Below are positions 49,117 to 61,363 of a stretch of DNA of 64,000 nucleotides, one piece after another; the first letter of the stretch is position 1; each line of letters begins with the position of its first letter. Source of the stretch: Spirochaetota bacterium (lineage in GTDB: Bacteria > Spirochaetota > UBA6919 > CBDBPB01); assembly GCA_965208615.1 (NCBI GenBank), contig CBDBPB010000001.1:128001-192000 (forward strand), in the 5' to 3' direction. The notes below the pieces were generated by a model. It made no database searches, was not told where the DNA came from, and was given only the letters and a program-made list of their open reading frames with translations. Both the position numbers and the translations under genes were made by a program.

Positions 49117-49476
49117 CTACTTCTTATCAAAGGAATATCCACACTTACGACAAAAACGCCTTTTTTTAGCCTTATCTCTCTCCAGCCTGATTCTAACACC
49201 CTTATTACACTTAGGACAAAATATCATAACATTTGAAATACTCAACATAGATGGAATTTCAACAATTTCACCTGTTCTCTGTTCTTGATTAGCCTTTCTA
49301 TGCTTTTTAACCATATTAATATTAGGGATTTGTATTTTTCCTCTTTTTCTATCAATTATCTGTATTTGCCCTTTTTTCCCTTTATCCCTACCAGCTATAA
49401 CCATAACTTCATCAGATATTTTTAGCTTGGTTTTAATTTTTTTAGGTTTTGAAGCATACTTTATTTTAATACTCAT
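49117..49476 (-). CDS. rplX: 50S ribosomal protein L24
   Basis: [23 protein letters not shown] and CRKCG. Confidence 0.96.
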   Translation of the reverse strand: MSIKIKYASKPKKIKTKLKISDEVMVIAGRDKGKKGQIQIIDRKRGKIQIPNINMVKKHRKANQEQRTGEIVEIPSMLSISNVMIFCPKCNKGVRIRLERDKAKKRRFCRKCGYSFDKK

Positions 49477-49492
49477 AATAGTCTTCCTTTAA

Positions 49493-49861
49493 CTATATTA
49501 CCTCAGGAGCTAAAGATACAATTTTCATATAATCTTTTTCTCTTAGTTCTCTAGCCACAGGACCAAATATTCTAGTCCCTTTAGGGTTATTGGCATCATC
49601 AACTATAACAGCCGCATTATTATCAAATCGAACAGCAGTACCATCTTTTCGCTTAATTTCTTTTTTAGTTCTAACAATAATAGCCTTAACAATGTTTTTC
49701 TTTTTAACATTCATATTAGGTATAGCAACTTTAACACTAGCAACAATTTTATCACCAACTCGTGCGTATCGCTTTTTAGACCCACCCAATACCTTTATAC
49801 ATTGAATTTTTTTGGCTCCACTATTATCAGCCACATTCAAATAGCTCTCTACTAGAATCAT
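49493..49861 (-). CDS. rplN: 50S ribosomal protein L14
   Basis: VADNSGAK and [13 protein letters not shown]. Confidence 0.98.
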   Translation of the reverse strand: MILVESYLNVADNSGAKKIQCIKVLGGSKKRYARVGDKIVASVKVAIPNMNVKKKNIVKAIIVRTKKEIKRKDGTAVRFDNNAAVIVDDANNPKGTRIFGPVARELREKDYMKIVSLAPEVI

Positions 49862-49863
49862 AA

Positions 49864-50127
49864 CTAATTTCCTCTTGTTTTCTCCAAAACTTCAACCAAT
49901 CTAAAGTGCTTATGTCGACTAATAGGCCTACACTCAATTATTTTAACCTTATCTCCGATTTTACAAATGCTTTTTTCATCATGAGCTTTAAATTTCTTAC
50001 TTTTGCGTAAGTACTTTTTATATATAGGATGAAGCTTTAGCCACTCAACCAAAACAGTAATAGTTTTATCCATTTTATTGCTAACAACTTTTCCAATCAA
50101 TACTTTTTTGTTAACTTTTTTTATCAT
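49864..50127 (-). CDS. rpsQ: 30S ribosomal protein S17
   Basis: [15 protein letters not shown] and ECRPIS. Confidence 0.98.
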   Translation of the reverse strand: MIKKVNKKVLIGKVVSNKMDKTITVLVEWLKLHPIYKKYLRKSKKFKAHDEKSICKIGDKVKIIECRPISRHKHFRLVEVLEKTRGN

Positions 50128-50138
50128 AACTTATTCCA

Positions 50139-50345
50139 TTACTTAGCTTTTCGTATATTTAACTGAACTTCTCTTAATATAGTATTAATTCTGGCAATAT
50201 CACGCTTAATAATCCTCATTCTTGCAGGATTACTAACACTTCCAACCACCATATTAAACCTGATATTACGTTTTTCTTCTCTTAAGTCAGTTTCTAGTTT
50301 TTTTAATTCAGAAATTGATTTATCATTAAGTTCACTTTTTTTCAT
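50139..50345 (-). CDS. rpmC: 50S ribosomal protein L29
   Basis: [17 protein letters not shown]; position between rplP and rpsQ. Confidence 0.95.
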   Translation of the reverse strand: MKKSELNDKSISELKKLETDLREEKRNIRFNMVVGSVSNPARMRIIKRDIARINTILREVQLNIRKAK

Positions 50346-50755
50346 AAGCCACGCCTTAAATAAATTTTAGTTTTTACTGGAAGTTTAAAAGAAGCCAATC
50401 TCAAAGCTTCTCTAGCTAGGGTCTCTTCTACTCCAGATATTTCAAACATAATTTTTCCAGGTTTAATTTTGCATACCCATTGCTCAATGCTTCCTTTACC
50501 TTTACCCATTCTAGTTTCAGCAGGCTTTTTAGTATATGGAAAATCAGGAAAAATTCTAATATGAAGCTTCCCACCTCTTTTAACATGCCGTGAAATAGCA
50601 ACCCTTGCTGCCTCAATCTGACGATTAGTAATAATTGCAGGTTCCATAGCGCTTAATCCAATATCTCCAAAATGAACAGTATTCCCTCTATTTGCTTTCC
50701 CTTTCATTCTACCACGTTGTCTTTTCCCATATTTAGTCCTTTTTGGCATTAACAT
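50342..50755 (-). CDS. rplP: 50S ribosomal protein L16
   Basis: [15 protein letters not shown] and [12 protein letters not shown]. Confidence 0.98.
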   Translation of the reverse strand: MLMPKRTKYGKRQRGRMKGKANRGNTVHFGDIGLSAMEPAIITNRQIEAARVAISRHVKRGGKLHIRIFPDFPYTKKPAETRMGKGKGSIEQWVCKIKPGKIMFEISGVEETLAREALRLASFKLPVKTKIYLRRGL

Positions 50756-50788
50756 AGTTTAAAATCCTCCACTTTCAATAAAACCTTT

Positions 50789-51419
50789 TTACCTGTCTAA
50801 AACGTCACCCTTAAAAACCCAAACTTTAACTCCAATTGTTCCAAAAGTAGTTAAGCTTTCTGCAAAACCATAGTCAACTCTCAGCTCTCAAAGTATGAAG
50901 CGGAATACGCCCTTCTTTATATTGTTCAACTCTTGCCATTTCAGCACCACCCAGTCGTCCAGCAACAATAATCTTAACCCCTTTTGCCCCAGATTTCATT
51001 GCATTTTGAATAGCTTGCTTCATTGCTCGTTTATGAGCCATTCTTCCTTCTAGCTGCCTGGCAATATGCAACGCAACAAGATGAGCATTAGTAGCAGAAT
51101 TTCTTAACTCTACTACATTAAGATGTAGTTTTTGTTTGGTAAGCTTTTGAATTTTTCTTTTTAGAAGATCTACATCAGCACCCTTTTTCCCTATTACAAT
51201 ACCGGGTCTAGCTGTATGAATACTAACAGTTATTCTTTCAGGATAACGAACTATTTCAACTTTACCCACTTCAGCAGTTTTAAGTCGTTTTTCAATGTAC
51301 TTTCTTATTAGCAAGTCTTCATGAAGATACTCGGCATACTTATCCTTTACAAACCATTTTGAATCCCAATTTCTTATTATTTTCAAACGTAAACCAATGG
51401 GATTAACTTTTTGACCCAT
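50789..51419 (-). CDS. rpsC: 30S ribosomal protein S3, with an apparent +1 frameshift near 50877-50881
   Basis: [12 protein letters not shown]...PLHTLRAE then a premature stop; removing one base from GCTGAGAGTTGAC restores [29 protein letters not shown], 209 aa. Confidence 0.93.
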
Positions 51420-51428
51420 AAAAAACCC

Positions 51429-51776
51429 CTATTTATCAGATAATATTATACTCAAATGCGATGTAGGCTTATTAATTCTATCAGCTCGCCCTCTAGCTCG
51501 TGGTTTAATCCTCTTAAAAGTAGGACCTTTTGTAACCTGTACTTCTTTAATAAGCCATTTTTCTTCAGTAGTCGTAGGTTCTTTATTTTGCAAATTAGAA
51601 CCAGCACTTTTAAGGGTTTTTTCTATTATTCTTGCACCTTTTTGTGGAAGAACCGATAAAGTATTTAAAGCCTGCTGATAACCTAGCTTACTAATAGCAA
51701 GAGCCACACGCCGTAACTTTTTTGTTGATATACGATTATATTTTGATAATGCAGATGCTTCCATTTTCACTTCCAT
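51429..51776 (-). CDS. rplV: 50S ribosomal protein L22
   Basis: RISTKKLR, KGPTFKRIKPRARGRA and TSHL. Confidence 0.97.
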   Translation of the reverse strand: MEVKMEASALSKYNRISTKKLRRVALAISKLGYQQALNTLSVLPQKGARIIEKTLKSAGSNLQNKEPTTTEEKWLIKEVQVTKGPTFKRIKPRARGRADRINKPTSHLSIILSDK

Positions 51777-51792
51777 GCTTTTCTATTTTAAT

Positions 51793-52071
51793 TTATCGCC
51801 CTTTAGCTTTTTTACTGCCAGCATGACTTCTAAATGTCCTTGTTGGTGAAAGTTCACCTAACTTATGGCCAACCAATGACTCCGATATAAAAACAGGTAT
51901 AAAAGTCTTGCCATTATGAACACTAATAGTATGTCCAATCATATCTGGTATAATTGTTGAACTTCTAGACCAAGTTTTTATTGGCTTTTTAATTTTCTCA
52001 TTATTCATTTTCAGAACTTTCTGATAAAGTTTTTTATCTATATATGGGCCTTTTTTAACTGACCTAGACAT
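51793..52071 (-). CDS. rpsS: 30S ribosomal protein S19
   Basis: [14 protein letters not shown] and VGHKLGE. Confidence 0.98.
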   Translation of the reverse strand: MSRSVKKGPYIDKKLYQKVLKMNNEKIKKPIKTWSRSSTIIPDMIGHTISVHNGKTFIPVFISESLVGHKLGELSPTRTFRSHAGSKKAKGR

Positions 52072-52092
52072 ATAATACCTCTATTATCATAG

Positions 52093-52923
52093 TTACTTTT
52101 TCTTTCTTTTGCTTACAATAAACTTGTTTGATAGCTTTTTTTTGTTTCTAGTTTTATAACCCTTAGTTGGTGTACCCCATGGACTAACTGGATGCCTACC
52201 TCCAGATGTTTTACCTTCACCACCACCATGAGGATGATCAACTGGATTCATAGCAACACCACGAACCTTTGATCTGCGGCCAAGCCATCTTCGTCTACCT
52301 GCTTTTCCTAAAGATATCTTATTATGCTCTAGGTTCCCAACTTGTCCCACAGTTGCCGTACACATACTTAATATCTTTCTAACCTCTCCAGATGGTAATC
52401 TCAAGTTACAATACTTATTCTCTTTTGCAGTTAACTGGGCAAATGTACCAGCAGAACGTGCTATTTGCCCCCCCTTACCAGGATATATTTCTATATTATG
52501 CACCCAGGTTCCAAGAGGTATGTTTTTTAGTATTAAGCTATTCCCTACTATCGACTTAACATTGCTACCATTAATAAGAGTATCTCCAACTTTTATTTTC
52601 TCAGGAGCAATAATATACCTCTTATCACCGTCTTCATAGGCAACAAGGGCTATTCTAGCAGATCTATTTGGATCATACTCAATGCTAAGGACTTTTGCCT
52701 CAACATCATGTTTTTGCCGCTTAAAATCAATTATTCTGTATTTACGCTTATGACCGCCACCACGCCGACGTACAGATATTTTACCACCGGCACCACGACC
52801 ACTTTTCTTACTCAAACCTTTAGTCAGTTTTTTATAAGGTTTATTAGCCGTAATTTCCACAAAATCTGAACCAGTCTTAAATCTTTGTCCTGGAGTAGTT
52901 GGTTTAAATTTCTTTATACCCAC
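52093..52923 (-). CDS. rplB: 50S ribosomal protein L2
   Basis: EYDPNRSA and [17 protein letters not shown]. Confidence 0.98.
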   Translation of the reverse strand: MGIKKFKPTTPGQRFKTGSDFVEITANKPYKKLTKGLSKKSGRGAGGKISVRRRGGGHKRKYRIIDFKRQKHDVEAKVLSIEYDPNRSARIALVAYEDGDKRYIIAPEKIKVGDTLINGSNVKSIVGNSLILKNIPLGTWVHNIEIYPGKGGQIARSAGTFAQLTAKENKYCNLRLPSGEVRKILSMCTATVGQVGNLEHNKISLGKAGRRRWLGRRSKVRGVAMNPVDHPHGGGEGKTSGGRHPVSPWGTPTKGYKTRNKKKLSNKFIVSKRKKK

Positions 52924-52935
52924 GTATACCCTCTC

Positions 52936-53244
52936 TTAAATTCCCTCATAAAATTCAAAATTACCTTTAAACTTTTCACCAGACTTAGGTTGCTTTAAAG
53001 TTACAATAGCTTTTTTCCAAGCAGATGTATAGCCAGTTCTACCTCGCCTACCAACTTTCTTACTTTTTATATTTATAATATTGCATTTAGTAACTCTAAC
53101 CTTAAAAAGCTTTTCCAAAGCATTTTTAATCATTATTTTATTAGCCCTCACACCAACTTTAAACCAATATTTATTTAACAAAGCTCTATTGCTATTGGTT
53201 TTTTCAGTTAATATAGGACTTCTAATCACTGAATTATCATTCAT
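52936..53244 (-). CDS. rplW: 50S ribosomal protein L23
   Basis: PILTEKT, ANKIMIK and WKKAIVTL. Confidence 0.96.
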   Translation of the reverse strand: MNDNSVIRSPILTEKTNSNRALLNKYWFKVGVRANKIMIKNALEKLFKVRVTKCNIINIKSKKVGRRGRTGYTSAWKKAIVTLKQPKSGEKFKGNFEFYEGI

Positions 53245-53342
53245 TATAACTAACCCAAATAAACAAAAAACTAAAAATCATTAATAGATAATCAACTTAA
53301 ATATAATAATAACTAAACTATTTATAATACAATATTTCTATA

Positions 53343-54068
53343 TTAATATTTTCTATTATCCTCAGCATTATCCAAAGGCAGTTTGGATAAATAAAATCCT
53401 TCTAATTTACCAATAACACTTTTTTCTATCATTATTTCCTTAGAGTAAAATAAGTCATAAGAGTTAAGTTTATCATAGCTTAAACATTTTACCCAAAAAA
53501 GATTACGACAAGCACGTTTTAAAAGTTTATGGTCATCAGCAGTAATTATAGTCAACCTATGTTTCTTTAAAAACTTAGACCTTTTAGCAGGTTTTAACTC
53601 ATCAAAGCTTTCTTTAATCAAGCTCATTTTCAAAAGCTTATCTAAAGCTTCTTTAGTTTTCCCATTTTCTATATTAAAATCTTCAACTACTCTAACTATA
53701 TTTTCATTAACCCTCTTGCTAAGTATAGACCTTACAGATAAGCGTTTTACTTTTTTTGGCAGCTTATATGAATAGTCTCTTGGCTTTGGACCAAAAGCAA
53801 CTCCACCTCCTCTCCAAATAGGAGATGACTTCATACCAGCCCTTGCACGACCAGTACCTTTCTGCCTCCAGGGTTTTTGAGTACTAGCCCTAACATCAGA
53901 ACGACTTTTACTAGAACTTGTACCTAATCTTTTGTTAGCCAACTCATTTTTTACAGCTTCGTAAATAACTCCTTCATTGGGAGTCATATTAAACACTCTA
54001 TCATCCAAAACTATATTTTCAGTTTCTAACCCATCATTTCCAATAACTTTATAATCCATAACATACAC
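53343..54068 (-). CDS. rplD: 50S ribosomal protein L4
   Basis: KPWRQKGTGRARAG, SPIWRGGGVAFGPKPR; the start may be the ATG at 54059. Confidence 0.97.
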   Translation of the reverse strand: MYVMDYKVIGNDGLETENIVLDDRVFNMTPNEGVIYEAVKNELANKRLGTSSSKSRSDVRASTQKPWRQKGTGRARAGMKSSPIWRGGGVAFGPKPRDYSYKLPKKVKRLSVRSILSKRVNENIVRVVEDFNIENGKTKEALDKLLKMSLIKESFDELKPAKRSKFLKKHRLTIITADDHKLLKRACRNLFWVKCLSYDKLNSYDLFYSKEIMIEKSVIGKLEGFYLSKLPLDNAEDNRKY

Positions 54069-54134
54069 CAGTTTATCTAAACTTTAAATAACTACACTCT
54101 ACTATAATAAATGACTATAATAGCCTTATTCTAT

Positions 54135-54785
54135 CTAAACCTTCTTAACTTTTTTCTTAACAGCCTTACTAACAAGCACTATATGGTTATTTGGACCAGG
54201 AATAGCACCTTTAATAAGAACAATATTATCTTCCAAAATAATATCCACAATTTTAAGGTTTTGTATAGTCCTATTAGCTCCCCCCATTCGGCCTGGGAGT
54301 TTTTTACCCTTAAAAACACGTGCAGGATCAGCACATCCACCCATAGCACCAGGTCTCCTGTGAAAACGTGAGCCATGACTCATAGGACCTCTATGAAAAT
54401 TATGACGCTTTATAACACCTTGAAATCCTCTACCTTTAGTTTTTCCAATGACATCAACAAAATCACCAGTATCAAAAAGGTCAGCCTTTATTTGATCGCC
54501 AACTTTATAATTATTATCTTCTTTATCGTCTAAAGTAAACTCTCTTAACACTTTCTTAGGAAATACCTTAACCTTATCAAAATAGCCCTTCATAGGACTG
54601 TTAACATTTTTAAAAGCGTCTATAAACCCTAACTGCAAAGAGTTATATCCATGTTTATCCTGAGTCTTTCTATCCAATACATAACATGGGCCAAGCTCTA
54701 CTGCAGTAACAGGAATAACAATACCGTCTTCGTTAAATATTTGGGTCATACCAAGCTTTCTACCAATTAGTCCAATACTCATCAC
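54135..54785 (-). CDS. rplC: 50S ribosomal protein L3
   Basis: KLGMTQIF, KGRGFQGVIKRH, SHGS and IKGAIPG. Confidence 0.98.
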   Translation of the reverse strand: MMSIGLIGRKLGMTQIFNEDGIVIPVTAVELGPCYVLDRKTQDKHGYNSLQLGFIDAFKNVNSPMKGYFDKVKVFPKKVLREFTLDDKEDNNYKVGDQIKADLFDTGDFVDVIGKTKGRGFQGVIKRHNFHRGPMSHGSRFHRRPGAMGGCADPARVFKGKKLPGRMGGANRTIQNLKIVDIILEDNIVLIKGAIPGPNNHIVLVSKAVKKKVKKV

Positions 54786-54792
54786 AACTCCG

Positions 54793-55104
54793 TTATTGCT
54801 TTATTTCCACATCTACACCTGCTGGAAGCTCCAGCTTCATAAGCTCTTCAATTGTATCACTATTAGGATTATGAATATCAATTAATCTTTTATGTGTACG
54901 CATTTCAAATTGTTCCCTAGACTTTTTATTTACATGAGGTGACCTTAAAACAGTAAATTTATTAATCTTAGTAGGCAGAGGAACAGGGCCAGAAATAACC
55001 GCACCTACTCTTTTTACAGTCTGAACAATAGACTTAGCTGAGCGATCAACTAAATCTCCATCAAAGCTTCTAAGTCTAACTCTAATCTTTTTTTTTGCCA
55101 TCAT
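54793..55104 (-). CDS. rpsJ: 30S ribosomal protein S10
   Basis: GPVPLPT and [20 protein letters not shown]. Confidence 0.98.
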   Translation of the reverse strand: MMAKKKIRVRLRSFDGDLVDRSAKSIVQTVKRVGAVISGPVPLPTKINKFTVLRSPHVNKKSREQFEMRTHKRLIDIHNPNSDTIEELMKLELPAGVDVEIKQ

Positions 55105-55114
55105 ATTTTATACT

Positions 55115-56317
55115 CTATGCTATAATCTCGGTTACAGTTCCAGCACCTACAGTTCGACCACCTTCTCTAATTGCAAACTTTAAGCCCTTATCCATAGCAA
55201 TAGTATTTATAAGCTCGACCTCAATAGCAACATTATCACCAGGCATAACCATTTCTGTACCTTTTTCTAAATTAACGTTACCAGTTATATCAGTGGTTCT
55301 AAAATATAACTGAGGTCTATAACCAGAGAAAAATGGAGTATGTCTACCACCCTCGTCTTTAGTCAAAACATAAACCTGAGCCTTAAACTTATTATGAGGA
55401 GTAATACTTCCAGGCTTAGCAATTACTTGGCCTCTCTCAATAGCATTTTTATCAACGCCTCTTAATAAAAGCCCTACATTATCCCCGGCTTCACCTTGAT
55501 CCAAAAGCTTCCTAAACATCTCAACACCAGTTACAACAGACTTTTGAGTAGCTTTAATACCTACAATTTCGACTTCTTCACTATTTTTAACAATCCCCTG
55601 TTCAATTCTACCAGTAGCAACAGTACCCCGTCCAGTAATACTAAAAACATCCTCTACAGGCATAAGAAAAGGCTTATCCACAGCTCTCTCAGGCTGAGGT
55701 ATATACTCGTCAACTTTAGCTAAAAGCTCTTTAATAGAGTCAAAAGAAGGATCATCAGCACTGCCTTCCATAAGCTTATCTAAAGCATTTTTAGCTGATC
55801 CTTTTACAACAGGTATATCATCACCAGGAAAATTATACTGGCTCAGTAACTCCCTAATTTCCATTTCTACCAACTCGATTAAATCGGGATCATCAACCAT
55901 ATCTATTTTATTCATATATACTACAATATATGGAACCCCAACCTGTCTAGCAAGTAAAATATGCTCTCTAGTTTGAGGCTTAGGTCCGTCCTCTGCACTA
56001 ACAACAAGAATAGCACCATCCATTTGAGCAGCACCAGTAATCATGTTTTTAACATAGTCAGCATGTCCCGGACAATCGACATGAGCATAATGACGTTTAG
56101 CAGTCTCATACTCGACATGCTGTGTGGCAATAGTAATACCTCTTTCACGTTCTTCTGGGGCATTGTCAATTTCGTCAAACTTCTTAGCTTCTGCCATGCC
56201 AAGAATAGCGCTAACCTGAGTAATAGCAGCAGTCAATGTGGTTTTACCATGATCAACATGCCCTATAGTCCCAATATTAACATGAGGTTTGGTTCTCTCA
56301 AACCTTTCTTTAGCCAT
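55115..56317 (-). CDS. tuf: Elongation factor Tu
   Basis: [30 protein letters not shown] and REGGRTVG. Confidence 0.99.
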   Translation of the reverse strand: MAKERFERTKPHVNIGTIGHVDHGKTTLTAAITQVSAILGMAEAKKFDEIDNAPEERERGITIATQHVEYETAKRHYAHVDCPGHADYVKNMITGAAQMDGAILVVSAEDGPKPQTREHILLARQVGVPYIVVYMNKIDMVDDPDLIELVEMEIRELLSQYNFPGDDIPVVKGSAKNALDKLMEGSADDPSFDSIKELLAKVDEYIPQPERAVDKPFLMPVEDVFSITGRGTVATGRIEQGIVKNSEEVEIVGIKATQKSVVTGVEMFRKLLDQGEAGDNVGLLLRGVDKNAIERGQVIAKPGSITPHNKFKAQVYVLTKDEGGRHTPFFSGYRPQLYFRTTDITGNVNLEKGTEMVMPGDNVAIEVELINTIAMDKGLKFAIREGGRTVGAGTVTEIIA

Positions 56318-56380
56318 TTAATTTCCTCCTAAAGCTTTTATCGACTTATATATATAATTATTTCCTATTTTTCATATAAC

Positions 56381-58453
56381 CTATTCATTAGCCTTAACAA
56401 TATCACTAGAGATGTTTTTAGGAACCTGTTCATAATAAGAATATTGCATAGTATAATTTGCCCTTCCCTGTGTTTTAGACCTTAAGTCAGTAGCATAACC
56501 AAACATCTCAGATAAAGGAACAGAAGAATTTATAAGCTTACTACCATTTCTTTCATCAATCCCAAGGATTTTACCTCTTCTAGAGCTTAAGTCACCAATA
56601 ACATCACCCATATAGTCCTCAGGAGTAACAACCTGAACAGACATCATAGGCTCCATAAGTACGGGTAAACATTTTAATGCCCCATTTTTAAACGCCATAG
56701 AGCTTGCAATTTTGAAAGCCATCTCAGAGGAATCTACATCGTGATATGAACCATCAAAAATAGTAACTTTTACATCTACTACAGGATAACCTGCCAACAC
56801 TCCCCTTTCCATACTTTCGACAACACCTTTTTCTACAGCAGGAATATATTCTTTTGGCACTCGCCCGCCAACAATTTTATTTTCAAACACAAAACCTTTA
56901 CCCACTTCAAGAGGCTCAAGATTTAGCCATACATGACCATACTGACCTCTTCCACCACTTTGTTTAATATATTTACCTTCTATTTTAGTTTTAGCAGTAA
57001 TAGTCTCTCTATAAGCAACCTGAGGCTTGCCTACATTAGCCTCAACCTTAAATTCTCTAGCCATTCTATCCACGATAATTTCTAAATGAAGTTCACCCAT
57101 CCCGGATATTATAGTCTGACCTGTCTCTTCATCAGTCTTAACCATAAATGTGGGATCTTCCTCAGCCAAACGGACAAGAGCAACAGAAAGTTTTTCTTGA
57201 TCCTCTTGAGTTTTAGGCTCTATCGCCACTGATAATACAGGATCTGGGAATATCATAGACTCCAGCACAATAAGAGCAGACTCATCACAAAGAGTATCCC
57301 CAGTAGCGGTACTCTTAAAGCCAATGGCAGCCGCAATATCTCCGGCATAAACCTCTCCAACTTCTTCACGCCTATTAGCATGCATCTGTAAAATTCTACC
57401 AATTCTTTCTTTCTTATCCTTAGTGGAATTATAAATATAACTCCCAGACTTTATTATACCAGAATATACCCTAAAAAAGGTTAAGCGACCAACATAAGGA
57501 TCACTCATAATTTTAAATGCAAGAGCAGAGAAGCTTTCTTTATCATCAGACTTTCGTTCACCTTTTCTGCCGTCAGACAATATACCACTTATAGGCGGAA
57601 CATCTACTGGAGAAGGTAAGTATGCAATAACCACATCCAGAAGAGGCTGAACTCCCTTATTTTTAAAGGCAGTTCCACATATAACAGGGAAAAAGTGAGC
57701 TTCTATAGTACCTTTTCTAATAAGCCTAGTAATATCCTTTTCTTCGATATCTATTCCATCAAGATATTTCTCCATAATAGCATCATCAAGCTCACTAACG
57801 GTTTCAATAAGCTCCTGTCTATATGTATTGGCTTCTTCCTTCAGTTCATCAGGAATAGGAATATATTTAAACGAAGCACCAAGATCCTCAGAATCCCAAA
57901 CTATACCCCGCATTTTAACAAGATCAATAACGCCTAAGAACTTATCCTCACTACCAATTGGAAGCTGAATAATAAGAGATTTAGCATGTAAGCGTTCTCT
58001 AATAGAGTCAATGGATTTAAGAAAGTTAGCTCCGACACGATCCATTTTATTAATAAACACAATTCGAGGTATATTATAATTATTAGCCTGTCTCCAAACA
58101 GTTTCACTTTGAGGTTCAACTCCGCTAACAGCATCAAAGACTGCTACTGCACTATCCAAAACTCTTAAAGACCTCTCTACCTCTACCGTAAAATCAACAT
58201 GCCCAGGAGTATCTATAATATTTATTCTATGGTTATCCCAAAAACAAGTGGTAGCCGCACTGGTAATTGTAATACCTCGTTCTTTTTCCTGTTCCATCCA
58301 ATCCATTTCAGCTGCACCATCATGGACTTCACCTATTTTATGAGTCTTGCCAGTATAATATAATATACGCTCAGTTGTAGTTGTTTTTCCAGCATCAATA
58401 TGAGCCATAATTCCAATATTTCTGGTTTTTGTAAGATGGTACTGCCTAGCCAC
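56381..58453 (-). CDS. fusA: Elongation factor G
   Basis: [30 protein letters not shown] and YHDVDSSE. Confidence 0.99.
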   Translation of the reverse strand: MARQYHLTKTRNIGIMAHIDAGKTTTTERILYYTGKTHKIGEVHDGAAEMDWMEQEKERGITITSAATTCFWDNHRINIIDTPGHVDFTVEVERSLRVLDSAVAVFDAVSGVEPQSETVWRQANNYNIPRIVFINKMDRVGANFLKSIDSIRERLHAKSLIIQLPIGSEDKFLGVIDLVKMRGIVWDSEDLGASFKYIPIPDELKEEANTYRQELIETVSELDDAIMEKYLDGIDIEEKDITRLIRKGTIEAHFFPVICGTAFKNKGVQPLLDVVIAYLPSPVDVPPISGILSDGRKGERKSDDKESFSALAFKIMSDPYVGRLTFFRVYSGIIKSGSYIYNSTKDKKERIGRILQMHANRREEVGEVYAGDIAAAIGFKSTATGDTLCDESALIVLESMIFPDPVLSVAIEPKTQEDQEKLSVALVRLAEEDPTFMVKTDEETGQTIISGMGELHLEIIVDRMAREFKVEANVGKPQVAYRETITAKTKIEGKYIKQSGGRGQYGHVWLNLEPLEVGKGFVFENKIVGGRVPKEYIPAVEKGVVESMERGVLAGYPVVDVKVTIFDGSYHDVDSSEMAFKIASSMAFKNGALKCLPVLMEPMMSVQVVTPEDYMGDVIGDLSSRRGKILGIDERNGSKLINSSVPLSEMFGYATDLRSKTQGRANYTMQYSYYEQVPKNISSDIVKANE

Positions 58454-58475
58454 TATTTTCTATCCTCCCTAACAC

Positions 58476-58961
<486 letters not shown>

Positions 58962-58988
58962 CTAAAATTATAGTTAAAATTTCAGCAA

Positions 58989-59363
58989 TTAGGCCTTAGG
59001 TTTTTTAGCACCATACTTAGACCTACCTCGTTTACGATCAACTACCTGAAAAGTATCAAACTTACCGCGAACAATATGATACCTAACTCCTGGTAAATCC
59101 TTAACTCTTCCACCTCTTAAAAGGACAACTGAGTGTTCCTGTAGGTTATGTCCAATACCAGGGATATAAGCGGTAACCTCTATACCATTTGTGATACGAA
59201 CTCTTGCAACTTTTCTAAGAGCCGAGTTTGGTTTTTTAGGCGTAAAAGTCATTACCCTTGTACAAACACCCCTCTTTTGAGGAGACCCTTGTAAAGCGGG
59301 AGATGATGTCTTCTTTGTTATTTTCTTTCGTCCATATCTTACAAGTTGACTGATCGTTGGCAT
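58989..59363 (-). CDS. rpsL: 30S ribosomal protein S12
   Basis: [19 protein letters not shown] and [12 protein letters not shown]. Confidence 0.99.
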   Translation of the reverse strand: MPTISQLVRYGRKKITKKTSSPALQGSPQKRGVCTRVMTFTPKKPNSALRKVARVRITNGIEVTAYIPGIGHNLQEHSVVLLRGGRVKDLPGVRYHIVRGKFDTFQVVDRKRGRSKYGAKKPKA

Positions 59364-59407
59364 AAGACCTCTTTTTTTAATTTTCGTATATTTAAAAAAG
59401 TTTTGGA

Positions 59408-59436
59408 AAGATAATACTCCATAATTTATTTGTCAA
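59408..59436 (-). promoter_or_regulatory. Sigma-70-like promoter of the str operon
   Basis: Minus strand TTGACA-17 nt-TATCTT, about 45 nt upstream of the rpsL ATG. Confidence 0.65.
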
Positions 59437-59800
59437 ATTTCTTCATATCTTTAAAGATATTTCCCGATAATACTATAAAACTTAACACCTAGTCTTTTAG
59501 CATTTCATGGCGAGTACTATAATGATACTTCAGCTACTTGAAGATATTCGATAGAACATTAATATAATCATTGAATAACTAAAAGTCTACCTCAATTTTA
59601 ACTTGAAAGTAAAAAAAGTTATATGGTAATCCATAACTCCATGATAATAAATCAATTATAAATACTAATTTTATTTTAATTAAAAAAAAAATCTGTAACG
59701 CTTATTATATATACTTTTTTATGTTCAAAAATAAAATAAATATAAAAGCTCTTTAGCCACCAAAACTAACATAAACTATAGCCATATACCATTACTATAG

Positions 59801-59834
59801 AAAAAGCCTACGACTAATACTATTAGCCGTAAGC
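59801..59834 (-). terminator. Rho-independent terminator after amtB
   Basis: Minus strand GCTTACGGCTAATA-G-TATTAGTCGTAGGC-TTTTT; the two non-Watson-Crick positions are G-U pairs only on this strand. Confidence 0.8.
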
Positions 59835-59888
59835 AAAATTAACAGAACTAACTAATAAAAATGTTAACTAACAAAACTCCCAACAAAA

Positions 59889-61154
59889 TTAATTGTAAAC
59901 TGACTCTCCGTGTTCGTAAATGTCTAAACCCTCCTCCTCAACTTTCTTATGCACTCGTAAACAATTAGCTTTTTTAAGTGCCATAAAAAGAATATACCCT
60001 AACCCAAAAGCCCAAACAAAAATACTAAACACACCAAGAACCTGAATCCCTAATAAACTAGCACCTCCACCAAAAAATAATCCACCCTTAGGCGCAAATA
60101 GTCCAACAGCTAATGTACCCCATGCACCACATATACCATGAACAGATATTGCACCTACTGGATCATCCACCTTTAAAACCTTGTCAAAAAGCTCCACCGA
60201 AAATGGAAGGATTAAACCTGCAATAGCACCTATAATAACAGCACTAGTAGGACTAACAACATTACATCCAGCAGTTATACCTACTAACCCAGCTAAAACA
60301 CCGTTTAATGTCATTGATAGGGTAGGACGCTTATAACGTATCCACCCAACTAGCATAGCCATTATAGCAGCAGCCGTAGCAGATAAATTAGTAGTTACCG
60401 CTATATGACCTATGGCAACAGCATTCTCTGTTCCATGTGCCGCTACCTGAGAGCCAGGATTAAACCCAAACCAACCAAACCACAAAATAAATACCCCTAA
60501 GCCTCCAATAGCTAAGTTATGTCCGGGGATAGCATTAGCCTTTCCATCCTTTTTGTATTTACCCAAACGAGGCCCAACTATAATAGCCCCAGCTAAACCT
60601 ACCCACCCTCCTACAGAGTGAACTACACTAGAACCAGCAAAGTCCATAAAGCCTAAATCACTTAACCAGCCTCCTCCCCATACCCAGTGACCAGAAATAG
60701 GGTAAATTAAAAGAGATATGACTATAGTAAAGCCTAAATATGCTTTGAACTCAGTCCTCTCGGCTACCGCACCTGATACTATAGTAGCCGCAGTAGCACA
60801 AAATACAGTTTGGAATAAAAGATACGCCATATTAGAGTAAGTGCCATCAATACCAGCACTAGTGTAAAATAAATTAGGCATACCTATTAAGCCACTTAAT
60901 GACTCCCCGTACATAATACCAAACCCTACTGCCCAAAATAAAATTGATCCAATAGAAAAATCCATAAGATTCTTCATAATGATATTACCCGAGTTCTTCT
61001 TTCTGGTAAAACCTGCCTCTACCATAGCAAATCCTGGCTGCATAAACATTACTAGGAATGCAGCAACTAAGAGCCACATATTATCTATCCCTATTTGATT
61101 TGCCTTTACAGCCTCCTCCAAACCTTTTATACTATCTATTATATTTTTATCCAT
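59889..61154 (-). CDS. amtB: Ammonium transporter
   Basis: MQPGFAMVEAG, SGAVAER, DFAGSSVVH, LWFGWFGFN and DDPVGAISVHG; ATG at 61154 with GAGG RBS. Confidence 0.97.
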   Translation of the reverse strand: MDKNIIDSIKGLEEAVKANQIGIDNMWLLVAAFLVMFMQPGFAMVEAGFTRKKNSGNIIMKNLMDFSIGSILFWAVGFGIMYGESLSGLIGMPNLFYTSAGIDGTYSNMAYLLFQTVFCATAATIVSGAVAERTEFKAYLGFTIVISLLIYPISGHWVWGGGWLSDLGFMDFAGSSVVHSVGGWVGLAGAIIVGPRLGKYKKDGKANAIPGHNLAIGGLGVFILWFGWFGFNPGSQVAAHGTENAVAIGHIAVTTNLSATAAAIMAMLVGWIRYKRPTLSMTLNGVLAGLVGITAGCNVVSPTSAVIIGAIAGLILPFSVELFDKVLKVDDPVGAISVHGICGAWGTLAVGLFAPKGGLFFGGGASLLGIQVLGVFSIFVWAFGLGYILFMALKKANCLRVHKKVEEEGLDIYEHGESVYN

Positions 61155-61243
61155 AAATTTCCTCACTAATATTAACTGAATTAGTCAAACTAATTGACTT
61201 TTTTTAAACATTTACTATGTTTTATTGACTTATTAAACTTATG

Positions 61244-61296
61244 AACTCTTATTTAAGAGCTTATCTGACTATAGAGTTAACTCTTATTTAAGAGTT
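61244..61296. repeat. Twin hairpin-forming 16-bp direct repeat between glnK and amtB
   Basis: AACTCTTATTTAAGAG at 61244 and 61279 (35-bp period); each copy is itself an inverted repeat CTCTT-N4-AAGAG. Confidence 0.85.
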
Positions 61297-61363
61297 TTTT
61301 TTATTTATATTAAATTTATTTTTTGAGTTTTGCTTAGTTAGCTAATTATATATCGGTGGAAAG

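Noticed and set aside
47828-51419. Alternative genetic code or true pseudogenes as the explanation for broken rpsH and rpsC
   Set aside because: Both need a frame change rather than stop read-through; all other genes translate cleanly in code 11 and use TAA, TAG and TGA as stops
59440-59800. Possible small gene or ncRNA between amtB and rpsL
   Set aside because: Only very short ORFs without a convincing RBS, and no recognisable RNA motif
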